From Opitutia bacterium KCR 482 (GTDB taxonomy: Bacteria; Verrucomicrobiota; Verrucomicrobiia; Opitutales; Intestinicryptomonadaceae): DNA of 32,000 nt. Position 1 is the stretch's first letter, and each line of letters begins with the position of its first letter. The notes below the pieces were generated by a model. The model was not told the DNA's origin. It searched no databases and saw only the letters and a program-made list of their open reading frames with translations. Below are positions 18,169 to 26,442 of the stretch, one piece after another. Both the position numbers and the translations under genes were made by a program. The stretch covers positions 1,560,001 to 1,592,000 of the forward strand of contig CP149973.1 in NCBI GenBank assembly GCA_029269845.2, in the 5' to 3' direction.

Positions 18169-19605
18169 ATGAACGTGAAAAAACTCTCATCATTCGCCGC
18201 CCTTTCGCTCTTTGCCGCATCGCTTTTCGGCGCGCCCGCAAACGCCTCGGATAAAACCGCAAGACCCACGACGGAATTTTTCCAAAAGTCGGTCGTCTAC
18301 CAAATCCTCCCCCAACACTTCACGCAGGAGGGAACTCTCGCAAAGGCGGCGGAATTTCTGCCGCACATCAAGTCGCTCGGAATGGACATCGTGTACCTCT
18401 GCCCGATTGTCGAGTCGGACGACGACGGCGACACCCGCTTTTGGAGCAAACGCCAAAAGGCGTCGGGGCTGAACAACCCCCGCAACCCCTACCGAATGAA
18501 GGACTATTTCAAAATCGACCCCCGCTTCGGCACGGACAAAGACCTTAAAAACTTCGTAGAGCAGGCGCACGCGCTCGGTTTGAAAGTCGTGCTCGACCTC
18601 GTTTACTACCACTGCGGGCCGAAAGCCGTCTTCATCGAAACCAACCCCGACTTCGTCGTGCGCGACGCCGACGGCAAAGTCAAGAACGGCCGCTGGAGTT
18701 TCCCCGAACTCAACTTCAAAAGCAGGGGACTTCGCGACTACCTCATCAAAAACATGGAGTACTTCGTCGAAAAATTCGACGTAGACGGCTACCGCACCGA
18801 CGTAGAACCGTCTGTTCCCGCCGACTTCTGGGCGGAGGCGTACACCCGCATCGCAAAAATCAAGCCCGACGTCATCATGATTGCCGAGGGCGAACGCAAA
18901 GACGCGCAGGTTGACGCCTACGACGCAAATTACTCTTTCAAATGGGAATACGGAATCATTAACGTATTTCAGGGCAAAAAGCCCGCCGACTCGCTCCGCA
19001 AAATTTGGGAAGATCAGGACGCGGCGTTCGCAAAAGGCTCGCGCCTGCTCCGCGCCCTCGACAACCACGACACCGCAAGCGACGCCTGCCAACCCGACAA
19101 GGGCGGCGCGCGCTACGAAAAACAGTTCGGCAACCGCGGCATGGACGCAATCCAAGTGCTGAACTTTACAATCGACGGCATTCCCTTTGTCTATAACGGA
19201 AACGAATTCGCCGACGACGCGTACTTCTCGATGTTCGCCGACAACACGCACGGACGCACGTTCGTCGCGTGGGAGAATATCGCAACCCGCGAGGGTTGGA
19301 AGCGAATGCAGCTGATTCGCGCGCTTTCCAAAATGCGCAAGGAAAACACGGCATTGTGGAGCGGCGCTACGACGTGGGTCGATAACGGCGCCCCCGAAAG
19401 CGTGCTTTCGTTCACGCGCAACGCGAAGTGGGAAAACGTGCTCGTGGTGGTTAATACGCGGAACGCGGAAGTGGATACGGACGTGTTCCTGAAAGCGGAC
19501 AAGTTTTCGACAATGCTCGCAGGCGGCGCGACATACAGAAAATACGGCGACGGCTTGAAGGCGAAGCTCGCGCCGTACGGCTATCTTGTTGTTAGGTATG
19601 AGTAA
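18169..19605 (+). CDS. Secreted alpha-amylase family glycoside hydrolase (GH13)
   Basis: It has a signal peptide, MNVKKLSSFAALSLFAASLFGAPANA. All four GH13 conserved regions are recognisable: I DLVYYHCG, II DGYRTDVEPS (nucleophile Asp), III IMIAEGE (acid/base Glu) and IV LDNHDT. Confidence 0.85.
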   Translation: MNVKKLSSFAALSLFAASLFGAPANASDKTARPTTEFFQKSVVYQILPQHFTQEGTLAKAAEFLPHIKSLGMDIVYLCPIVESDDDGDTRFWSKRQKASGLNNPRNPYRMKDYFKIDPRFGTDKDLKNFVEQAHALGLKVVLDLVYYHCGPKAVFIETNPDFVVRDADGKVKNGRWSFPELNFKSRGLRDYLIKNMEYFVEKFDVDGYRTDVEPSVPADFWAEAYTRIAKIKPDVIMIAEGERKDAQVDAYDANYSFKWEYGIINVFQGKKPADSLRKIWEDQDAAFAKGSRLLRALDNHDTASDACQPDKGGARYEKQFGNRGMDAIQVLNFTIDGIPFVYNGNEFADDAYFSMFADNTHGRTFVAWENIATREGWKRMQLIRALSKMRKENTALWSGATTWVDNGAPESVLSFTRNAKWENVLVVVNTRNAEVDTDVFLKADKFSTMLAGGATYRKYGDGLKAKLAPYGYLVVRYE

Positions 19606-19640
19606 TCCCTAATAGTATATAGTAAGTGATATGGTAAAGC

Positions 19641-19680
19641 GGGGCGCGAACCGTAAGGTTCGCGCCCCGTCCTGCGTTTT
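19641..19680 (+). terminator. Stable GC hairpin or terminator after the amylase gene
   Basis: A perfect 12-bp stem, GGGGCGCGAACC (19641-19652) with GGTTCGCGCCCC (19657-19668), encloses a GTAA tetraloop. The T-run (TTTT at 19677-19680) is 8 nt away rather than adjacent. Confidence 0.55.
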
Positions 19681-19782
19681 AATGCTTGCGGAATTTCTGT
19701 TTTGCGGCGGTTCGGGGAAATAATCTTGTTGACTTATTCGCCCGCATTTTTAGCTTTTAAGAATAATTATACACGAGTTATT

Positions 19783-20538
19783 ATGAATAACATTAAAGTT
19801 GGAATTGTGGGCTGCGGTTTTATCGGCGGCGCATTGCGTAAATGGCTTGGAGAGCACAATAAAGACGTGGAAGTTTTTGTCTCCGACCCGCCGAAAGGCA
19901 TGAACGATTCTTTGGACTGCGTAGACGTCGTGTTTGTTTCCATTCACATTCCGACGGAAGCCGACGGCTCGCAAAATTTGTCTTTGCTCAAAGACATAAT
20001 CCGCGGACTGCCCGACAAGCCGATTTTTATCCGCACCACAATTCTTCCCGGAACAAGCGAAATGCTTTCGAAAGAGTGCGGCAAAAGCGTCTATTTCATG
20101 CCCGAATTTTTGACGGAACGCACGGCATACGAAGATTTCTCCCGCCAACCCATGGTATTTACCGCCGTCCCCGAATTGCTCGCCAAGATTTTCGTCGGCA
20201 AAAAATATATCGTGATGTCGTCGAAGGAGGCGGAAATTACAAAATACGCGCACAACGTGTTCGGCGCGTTGAAAGTCAGCTATTTCAACGGCATTTACGA
20301 CATTTGCAAAAAACTCGGTCTCAGCTACGAGAACGTTCAAAAAGGCGTGCTGCTAAGCGGCTATATAAACGAACCGCACACGCAAGTTCCAGGGCCAGAC
20401 GGAAAATTCGGCTACGGCGGAAAGTGCTTCCCGAAAGACGTCAACGCCTTTACCGAAATGTTTGCCGACTACCCGATACACGAGATTCTCAAATCTTTGA
20501 AACCCCTGAATATCCTGTTCAGAGGCGAGGATAAGTAG
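19783..20538 (+). CDS. UDP-glucose/GDP-mannose dehydrogenase-like NAD-binding protein, short form lacking the C-terminal nucleotide-sugar-binding domain
   Basis: The start MNNIKVGIVGCGFIGGAL provides the Rossmann motif. The central helical domain is SKEAEITKYAHNVFGALKVSYFNGIYDICKKLGLSYENV. The catalytic-Cys signature GYGGKCFPKDVNAF is present. The protein is only 251 aa, ending ~25 aa after that signature. Confidence 0.65.
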   Translation: MNNIKVGIVGCGFIGGALRKWLGEHNKDVEVFVSDPPKGMNDSLDCVDVVFVSIHIPTEADGSQNLSLLKDIIRGLPDKPIFIRTTILPGTSEMLSKECGKSVYFMPEFLTERTAYEDFSRQPMVFTAVPELLAKIFVGKKYIVMSSKEAEITKYAHNVFGALKVSYFNGIYDICKKLGLSYENVQKGVLLSGYINEPHTQVPGPDGKFGYGGKCFPKDVNAFTEMFADYPIHEILKSLKPLNILFRGEDK

Positions 20539-20559
20539 CAGCTTTTGCCAATCGACGCC

Positions 20560-21717
20560 ATGAAAATTGTCCATCTTGTTTTGGGTGATAGGTTCAACGA
20601 CGGTTGGCTGTACCAGCATAACTTGCTTGCTCTTCAAAACCGTTTGGACGGGCACGAAGTGTCGATAATCACGGGCTGCAATTCCTATTCGACAAACGCG
20701 GGGAAAGAGGGCGAATGCCCCGCAGGGCGTTATGTCGATTCAAACGGAATAACGGTGATAAGAATGGCGCGTCCGAAGCTTGTTCCGCCGTTTTTGCATT
20801 ATTACAAAATCAGATATTACTCCGCATTGCCAAATATTTTGGAGGGCGAAAATCCGGATATAGTTTTCCTCCACGGCATTCAGACGTTTTCCCTAATTCC
20901 GCTTTCGAAATACGCAAAAAAACACCCGAACGTGCGCTTCTACGCGGACAACCACGCCGACGATTTCAACGTTTCCAAGAGCTTTGTCGGACGCCGCATT
21001 TTGCACGGAGTTGTCTACGCGCGGCTTTACAAATTGTTCGGCGGCTTTATCTCGAAGCTGTTTTATGTAACTCCCGAACGGCGCGATTTCCTCGTTTCCG
21101 TCTACGGGTTGGACGAAAAGAAAAACAAAATGGAGTTCCTGCCGCTCGGCGGGATTTCGTATTCCGATGAAAAGTACGCGGAAATTCGGAAATCGGAGCG
21201 CGAAAAATTGGGATTGCAGGACAGCGATGTAGCGTTTGTCCATTCGGGCAAACTCGAACCAAGAAAGCGCACGCTCGACGACATCAAGGCGTTTATCGAC
21301 GCCGACGCGCCGAATGCAAAACTGTTTCTGGCGGGAAGCATAACCGATTCCATTCGCGGAGAGTTTGAAAAATTGGTGGCATCGTCGGACAAGGTCGAAT
21401 ACCTCGGCTGGAAGACGCCCGACGAATTGAACAATCTGCTTTGCGGGTGCGACGTTCTTTTGCAAACGGGGTCGCAGTCGGTAATTTTCGAACAGGGCAT
21501 ATGCTTCGGAATGGCGGCGATTTTGGACAGGGCGGACAACAACAAGTTTTTGCTTTCCGACGGGAACGGAATTTTTGCGGACAACCACGACGAAACCGTA
21601 TCGGCAATCCGCAAATTAAGTTCTTCTCCCGCAATGCTTGCCGATATGAAGCAAAAATCGAAGGTATTTTCGAAACGCGAACTGCTTTATTCCTCACTTG
21701 TTAAAAAATTTTATTGA
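20560..21717 (+). CDS. Glycosyltransferase (GT-B fold, GT4-like)
   Basis: The start MKIVHLVLGD...DGHEVSIITG is a typical GT-B N-terminus. The C-terminal half (FVHSGKLEPRKR...LFLAGS...YLGW...LL..CDVLLQTGSQSVIFEQ) resembles the GT1/GT4 donor-binding domain, but with a degenerate EX7E motif. Confidence 0.6.
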   Translation: MKIVHLVLGDRFNDGWLYQHNLLALQNRLDGHEVSIITGCNSYSTNAGKEGECPAGRYVDSNGITVIRMARPKLVPPFLHYYKIRYYSALPNILEGENPDIVFLHGIQTFSLIPLSKYAKKHPNVRFYADNHADDFNVSKSFVGRRILHGVVYARLYKLFGGFISKLFYVTPERRDFLVSVYGLDEKKNKMEFLPLGGISYSDEKYAEIRKSEREKLGLQDSDVAFVHSGKLEPRKRTLDDIKAFIDADAPNAKLFLAGSITDSIRGEFEKLVASSDKVEYLGWKTPDELNNLLCGCDVLLQTGSQSVIFEQGICFGMAAILDRADNNKFLLSDGNGIFADNHDETVSAIRKLSSSPAMLADMKQKSKVFSKRELLYSSLVKKFY

Positions 21718-21749
21718 TTTTTATCATTTTTTAGGCGGTTTTTTTTTTC

Positions 21750-22913
21750 ATGAACATTTTGTTTTGCCAAAAATTTTTCAACCCATCAAAAGGCGGAATT
21801 GGAAAAGTCACTTGGGTTTTAATTCGCGCATTTAGACGATTGGGTATTAATGTTCATGTAATAGCGATAAAAAATACAGGTTATTTCGGGGAAAACGTCG
21901 TGTTTATGCCGTCGGGCAATTTCGACGATTCTTCCGAAAACAAATCATTTCTATCGAATTTCATTCGAGAAAACTCCATTGATGTTTTGATAAATCAGGA
22001 AGGTTTGGGGCGATATGGCTTTGATTTATTTCGCAAGGTATGTGCAAACAAATGCGCATTGGTGTCTGTTGTGCATTCCCAACCTTTGGGAGCTGTAAAG
22101 AATTTTATATATTCCAAACGCCTGAAATTCCAAAAATACAAGCTTGTTTGGCTTCTAAATTTGCTGTGGGTTCGCCCGCTTAGGGATATTGTTGTTTTTC
22201 TCTATAAGTTAAAATATGTCGGGCATTTTAGAAAGCTGTGTGAGTTTTCCGACAGGGTTGTGTTGTTGTCCGAGCTTCACAAGTCGGATATTGTAGAGTA
22301 TTTGGGCAGATGTCCCGACAATGTGGTCGCAATTCCGAACCCAATCGATATTTCCGAGCCAGCTTTGAACTGCAAAAAAAAGAAACAGGTTTTGTGGGTA
22401 GGCCGTGTCGATTCGGGGAAGCGTCTCGACGTATTTATAAAAATTTGGGAACGTTTGTATTCGGAATTTCCGGACTGGGAGGCGTTTGTTTTGGGCGACG
22501 GAGTGTGTCTGCCCGCGCAGAAAGAGTATGTGCAAAATCGGAAAATTCCGCGCGTGAACTTTATGGGGTTTCAGCCGTCTAAAAAATATTTTGACGAATC
22601 CGAAATTTATTGCGCAACGACGTCGTTCGAGGGCTTCGGCATGACAATTCTCGAAGCGGTTTTGGCAAAGTGCGTTCCCGTTGCATTTAGGACGTTCGAT
22701 TCCATTGAAGATTTGATTTTGGACGGGAAAAACGGCTTTCTTGTCCCGCCTTACGACATTGAAAAGTATGTCGGCACAATGCGCCGCCTCATGTCGGACT
22801 CCGAGTTGCGGGAATCTTTGCGCAAGAACATGGAATGCGTTTCAAACCGTTTCGACTCGGACGCCATTGCAAAAAGATGGTTCGATTTGTTGTCGCAAAT
22901 CGTTAAGCGTTAG
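21750..22913 (+). CDS. Glycosyltransferase family 4
   Basis: 387 aa, starting MNILFCQKFFNPSKGGIGKV. The C-terminal domain has VLWVGRVDSGKRLD...LGDG...TTSFEGFGMTILEAVLAKCVPVAF (EX7E region). The gene is low in GC. Confidence 0.8.
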   Translation: MNILFCQKFFNPSKGGIGKVTWVLIRAFRRLGINVHVIAIKNTGYFGENVVFMPSGNFDDSSENKSFLSNFIRENSIDVLINQEGLGRYGFDLFRKVCANKCALVSVVHSQPLGAVKNFIYSKRLKFQKYKLVWLLNLLWVRPLRDIVVFLYKLKYVGHFRKLCEFSDRVVLLSELHKSDIVEYLGRCPDNVVAIPNPIDISEPALNCKKKKQVLWVGRVDSGKRLDVFIKIWERLYSEFPDWEAFVLGDGVCLPAQKEYVQNRKIPRVNFMGFQPSKKYFDESEIYCATTSFEGFGMTILEAVLAKCVPVAFRTFDSIEDLILDGKNGFLVPPYDIEKYVGTMRRLMSDSELRESLRKNMECVSNRFDSDAIAKRWFDLLSQIVKR

Positions 22914-24207
22914 GTCCGAAAAGCCTTTTTGTTTTGGAGATAATTACCAAGACTATCATCATCAACGTAGCATCTTTTGTTCTGATGGTGAACAAGCCGC
23001 CTGCGATAATGTCGTACAACAGGTACAGCATTGCAAACAATGCCACCCAATATTCGGGGTATAATTCTTTGTGCCTTATTATATAAAATGTTTTAAGCCC
23101 CGCATAGGCGATAATCCAAATGAAAAATGCGCCTCCGATTATTCCGAAAAGTGCCAATGCGTCAATTATCGCAGTGTGGTATCCTGTAAGGGGGCTGACT
23201 GTTAATGTGAAATCTATCGTCGGTGTCCCCAATATAGGGCTTGATTTAAATTTGTCCCAGCCGGCCATGGCGATAATCGTGTGGGGGTTGTTGCCCGTAT
23301 CCTCTATGAGTGCTTCCATTCTGTTTGCCGCAAATTGCGAAACTGTTGCGATAACTGAGACAATTGCGTGTTTGCAAATGTATGCTAAACCGCCCAAAAG
23401 TCCGACTCCCGCAAGTGCAAGTACGAAATTTTTGAAAAATGACGCAAAAAATATGATTGTGCAAATAAGCAAAACCACGATAGGCGAGCGGCTTCCCGAA
23501 AAAACCGTGATATAAAAGCCGAGAATTACTCCCAACGCGGCGGGGATTTTCCATATAAATTTTATTCTTTTATTGAATATGAGGGCGAGGCTAAGAAGGC
23601 AGAGCGAAGCTCCGGCATACCCGAAGCTGATTGAATTCATGCCGACTGCAACGGACTGTCGTTGGCGCGATATATCTATTAAGAGGTCGGTATCGGCAGT
23701 GTGTGAAAATCCGAGAGGTTTGAGCATGCAGACAAACGCCAGCATTAATAAAATAAGGGGCAGCGCCTTTTTGAAGTCGATTTTATTGAACGTAATCCAT
23801 ATCGAAATTGCGCTGAAAAACGCGTACAAAGTAAAAAACCAAGTTCTTGTTGTATCCAAAAAGAACGGTTCGTTTACAATATTCACAAATACTTTTAAAA
23901 TATACGCTACGCAACAGCCGAACATTATATACATCGGCGTTGTTATTTTTTCCCTCGGGATTTCCTTTAAAAGGCATAATCCGCAAGCCGAAAAGAGCAC
24001 AGCAAGCGAGAAAATTCTGTACGGAATGGATATCGTTTGCGAGTTTGAAAAGCCGAGCAATGTCGAGAAAGACGCCGCAAATTCGTATCCGGGAAGCATG
24101 CAAAGCAGGTTTAAGATGCACACGAATACGGTGAAATCGAGTTTTCTTTCCGAGTGGAATATAGGTTCTGGTGTAAATTGATTCATTGGAAAATGGTGAT
24201 AGTTCAA
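22903..24207 (-). CDS. Polytopic membrane protein, O-antigen/EPS polymerase-like (Wzy family)
   Basis: 434 aa with roughly 10-12 hydrophobic helices and very low GC. It sits among the GT genes, as Wzy genes typically do. No strict motif was recognised, so the call rests on topology and context. Its 3' end overlaps the convergent GT gene by 11 nt. Confidence 0.5.
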   Translation of the reverse strand: MNYHHFPMNQFTPEPIFHSERKLDFTVFVCILNLLCMLPGYEFAASFSTLLGFSNSQTISIPYRIFSLAVLFSACGLCLLKEIPREKITTPMYIMFGCCVAYILKVFVNIVNEPFFLDTTRTWFFTLYAFFSAISIWITFNKIDFKKALPLILLMLAFVCMLKPLGFSHTADTDLLIDISRQRQSVAVGMNSISFGYAGASLCLLSLALIFNKRIKFIWKIPAALGVILGFYITVFSGSRSPIVVLLICTIIFFASFFKNFVLALAGVGLLGGLAYICKHAIVSVIATVSQFAANRMEALIEDTGNNPHTIIAMAGWDKFKSSPILGTPTIDFTLTVSPLTGYHTAIIDALALFGIIGGAFFIWIIAYAGLKTFYIIRHKELYPEYWVALFAMLYLLYDIIAGGLFTIRTKDATLMMIVLVIISKTKRLFGPNA

Positions 24208-24223
24208 AAAATCCGAACGGGTT

Positions 24224-25129
24224 TTATTTTACAAGCGATTTTCTGATATTTACGGCAACTTGTGTGATTCCCGTTTTGTTTAAAAATGCGCCGATATACG
24301 GCGTTCTATATGCCAGTCCATCGACAACTGCGAGTCCGTTCCGGAAGTTGAAAGTATGCAGTCCGTGTTTCCATTTTGCGTTGGACGGATATACGCGTTT
24401 GATTTCTTTAAAGCGGAAGAGTTTTCCGTCTTCTACTATTTGTTGAAATACAAGGCCTTTGCCGTATCCGTTGTTGCAGTCTTGGGCGGGGCGGACGATA
24501 TGTCCATTCCTCTTAAAGAACGCGCCGGCATTTCTTGCGCACCTGTCTTTGAAAGAGACTTCCCCTATCTTTTCATATTTGCCAAGCGGACGGTCGGATT
24601 CATATATGTTTAATATTTTCCCGTTCGGATCTGCGGAGGTTGTCGAGAAAATCAGGTTTCTACCGCCGAAGTTTTTGCAGTCCACGACGGCGTCTGTAAG
24701 CGGCTCTTGTAATAGTTCCGCAACTTTTACAAGTTTGTTCCTCTCCAACAGGTATGCTGAGAATGTTCCCGATTTACAATTTTCGGGCAGAATGTAAGTG
24801 TTGTCTTTGTCTCTAAGTATATAGGGGAAAGACAGGTGGGTGGGCAGTTCCAAAATGGGGAAAGAGTCCTCCAATTTGAAGCCTTTTTGTGAAACGGTAA
24901 GAAGGGATATAACTCCCTTCTTTTTTGAGTCGAACCACTCTTCGGCGAGTATTTTTATTAAATCTCCGTCTGCCGACAATATAAACGGGTCGGCATACCA
25001 TCTGTCTTTGCGGTTGTGTTTTAACCACGATACGGTTTCCCACTTCGGCATTTCGGTTTTGCCGTCGAATTGCAGAAAGCCGATGTTCCACTTTGTGTCG
25101 GTAAGGGTTCTTGCAATGTTTCTTAGCAT
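24224..25129 (-). CDS. Hypothetical protein (301 aa), possible GH43-like/GINT1_N-like beta-propeller, glycan-locus associated
   Basis: I prefer the start MLRNIARTLTDTKWNIGFL at 25129. The track's longer form is an Arg-rich extension that overlaps the upstream GT gene. The motif RWYADPFIL and a predicted beta-rich composition are notable. There is no signal peptide or TM. It is coupled to the upstream GT by a 7-nt overlap. Confidence 0.55.
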   Translation of the reverse strand: MLRNIARTLTDTKWNIGFLQFDGKTEMPKWETVSWLKHNRKDRWYADPFILSADGDLIKILAEEWFDSKKKGVISLLTVSQKGFKLEDSFPILELPTHLSFPYILRDKDNTYILPENCKSGTFSAYLLERNKLVKVAELLQEPLTDAVVDCKNFGGRNLIFSTTSADPNGKILNIYESDRPLGKYEKIGEVSFKDRCARNAGAFFKRNGHIVRPAQDCNNGYGKGLVFQQIVEDGKLFRFKEIKRVYPSNAKWKHGLHTFNFRNGLAVVDGLAYRTPYIGAFLNKTGITQVAVNIRKSLVK

Positions 25130-26352
25130 GGCTTTGCGGGGTTGACTTGCTCGATGAGGGCGGAGACTCGTTTTGTGATTATGTCGCGCGAGTATTCCGT
25201 CTCGGCGAGTTTTCTGGCGTTTATTCCCATCTCTTTGCATGTTTCGGGATTGTCCGCAAGAAAGGCGAAGTTGTCGGCGAACGCATCGGCGTCGTGCGGT
25301 TCGGAGAACAGCCCGCATTTGTTGTCTTTTACTCCGTTTTCGACAAATCCCTTCATGTTCGTAAGCATTGGCAGCCCCGCCGCCAGAAATTCGAAGTACT
25401 TGTTCGGAGAATTTCCGTAATGGAAGAGGGGGATGTCGCTATTGACCATTAGCCCGACGTCGCACTTTGCGGTTATTTCGGCAATCCGCGTTTTTGGCAT
25501 CGGCGGGTAGAACTTTACGTTGTCGAGATTTTCGGCTTTTGCGCGCCGCTCCAACTCGGGTTTTTCCCTGCCGTCTCCGATTAGGAGTATTGCGATGTCG
25601 GTTCTGCCTTTTTTCTTCAACGAAGCCGCAACGTCCAGCAAAAATCCGAGGTTGTTTACTTTGCCGTGCGCGCCCGCGAAAATCCCCGTAAAGAGGGAAT
25701 CGTCGAGTCCGTCGAGATTTTTTGCGCGGTCCGACGTCGGCACGAACTGCCCGATATTAGACATGTTCGGCGCGAGGATTATCGGCTTTGCCTTATTCCG
25801 CGTGCGCTTCTTCATAATATCGACCATTCCCGACGAAAGTCCGACAAGCCCGTCCGCCAGATTGTATGCGCCCAGCTCCAAAATTTTCATCGGAAGAATG
25901 AACAGCGGATTTTTCACACCCATTGCAATCGGGACGTCGGGCCACGGGTCGCGGATTTCGAATACGAACTTTTTTGACGGTCTGAATATTTTTGCAAGTA
26001 TTCCGGGGAATGCCGTCGAAATCGGTGTGCTTGTGGCAAAGAGTAGGTCGTATTTCTCGGTGAAGACAAGGGACGCGCTTCTGAGGGCGAATTTTGCGAA
26101 CGCGACGGCGCGTTTGAACAGCCCCATTTTGTTGTCGTACGGAATGTCGAACGCAATTATTTTCAGCCCGTTCACCGCTCCTTCGTATCTGCCCTTGGCG
26201 GTTTCTTTCAATGTGGAGAAGGCCTTGTCGTATGAACATACCATCGTGACATTGTGCCCTCTCGAAATCAACTCAGACGCGATTTCAAAAGACCGCGTTC
26301 CGCCCGCCTGATAGGGAAATTTGAAATACTGGTGGTAGTATAATATGTTCAT
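25123..26352 (-). CDS. Glycosyltransferase family 4 (WbuB-like)
   Basis: I prefer the start MNILYYHQYFKFPYQAGGTRSFEIASELISRGHNVTMV, the canonical WbuB-type N-terminus. The C-terminal domain reads LLIGDGREKPELE...FYPPMPK...CDVGL.... Confidence 0.82.
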   Translation of the reverse strand: MNILYYHQYFKFPYQAGGTRSFEIASELISRGHNVTMVCSYDKAFSTLKETAKGRYEGAVNGLKIIAFDIPYDNKMGLFKRAVAFAKFALRSASLVFTEKYDLLFATSTPISTAFPGILAKIFRPSKKFVFEIRDPWPDVPIAMGVKNPLFILPMKILELGAYNLADGLVGLSSGMVDIMKKRTRNKAKPIILAPNMSNIGQFVPTSDRAKNLDGLDDSLFTGIFAGAHGKVNNLGFLLDVAASLKKKGRTDIAILLIGDGREKPELERRAKAENLDNVKFYPPMPKTRIAEITAKCDVGLMVNSDIPLFHYGNSPNKYFEFLAAGLPMLTNMKGFVENGVKDNKCGLFSEPHDADAFADNFAFLADNPETCKEMGINARKLAETEYSRDIITKRVSALIEQVNPAKPC

Positions 26353-26359
26353 TCCCCCG

Positions 26360-26388
26360 AATCTTTCCATTTTGTCCGATGTTCGCAA
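26360..26388 (-). promoter_or_regulatory. Candidate leaderless-type promoter of the GT4-hypothetical-Wzy operon
   Basis: The minus strand reads TTGCGA (26388-26383), a 17-nt spacer, AAGATT (26365-26360), then 7 nt (cggggga) and the ATG (26352-26350). Confidence 0.35.
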
Positions 26389-26442
26389 GGAAATAAGTTG
26401 TTGTTGCTTGACAATGAACGCGGTATTTTTTTCGCTAGCGGC

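Noticed and set aside
25130-25318. An N-terminal 63-aa extension of the 301-aa hypothetical protein, taken from the track ORF 24224-25318.
   Set aside because: The extension is Arg-rich (MRAVLRTARRRCVRRQLRL...) and lies entirely inside the upstream GT4 coding region. The internal ATG at 25129 gives a normal short overlap.
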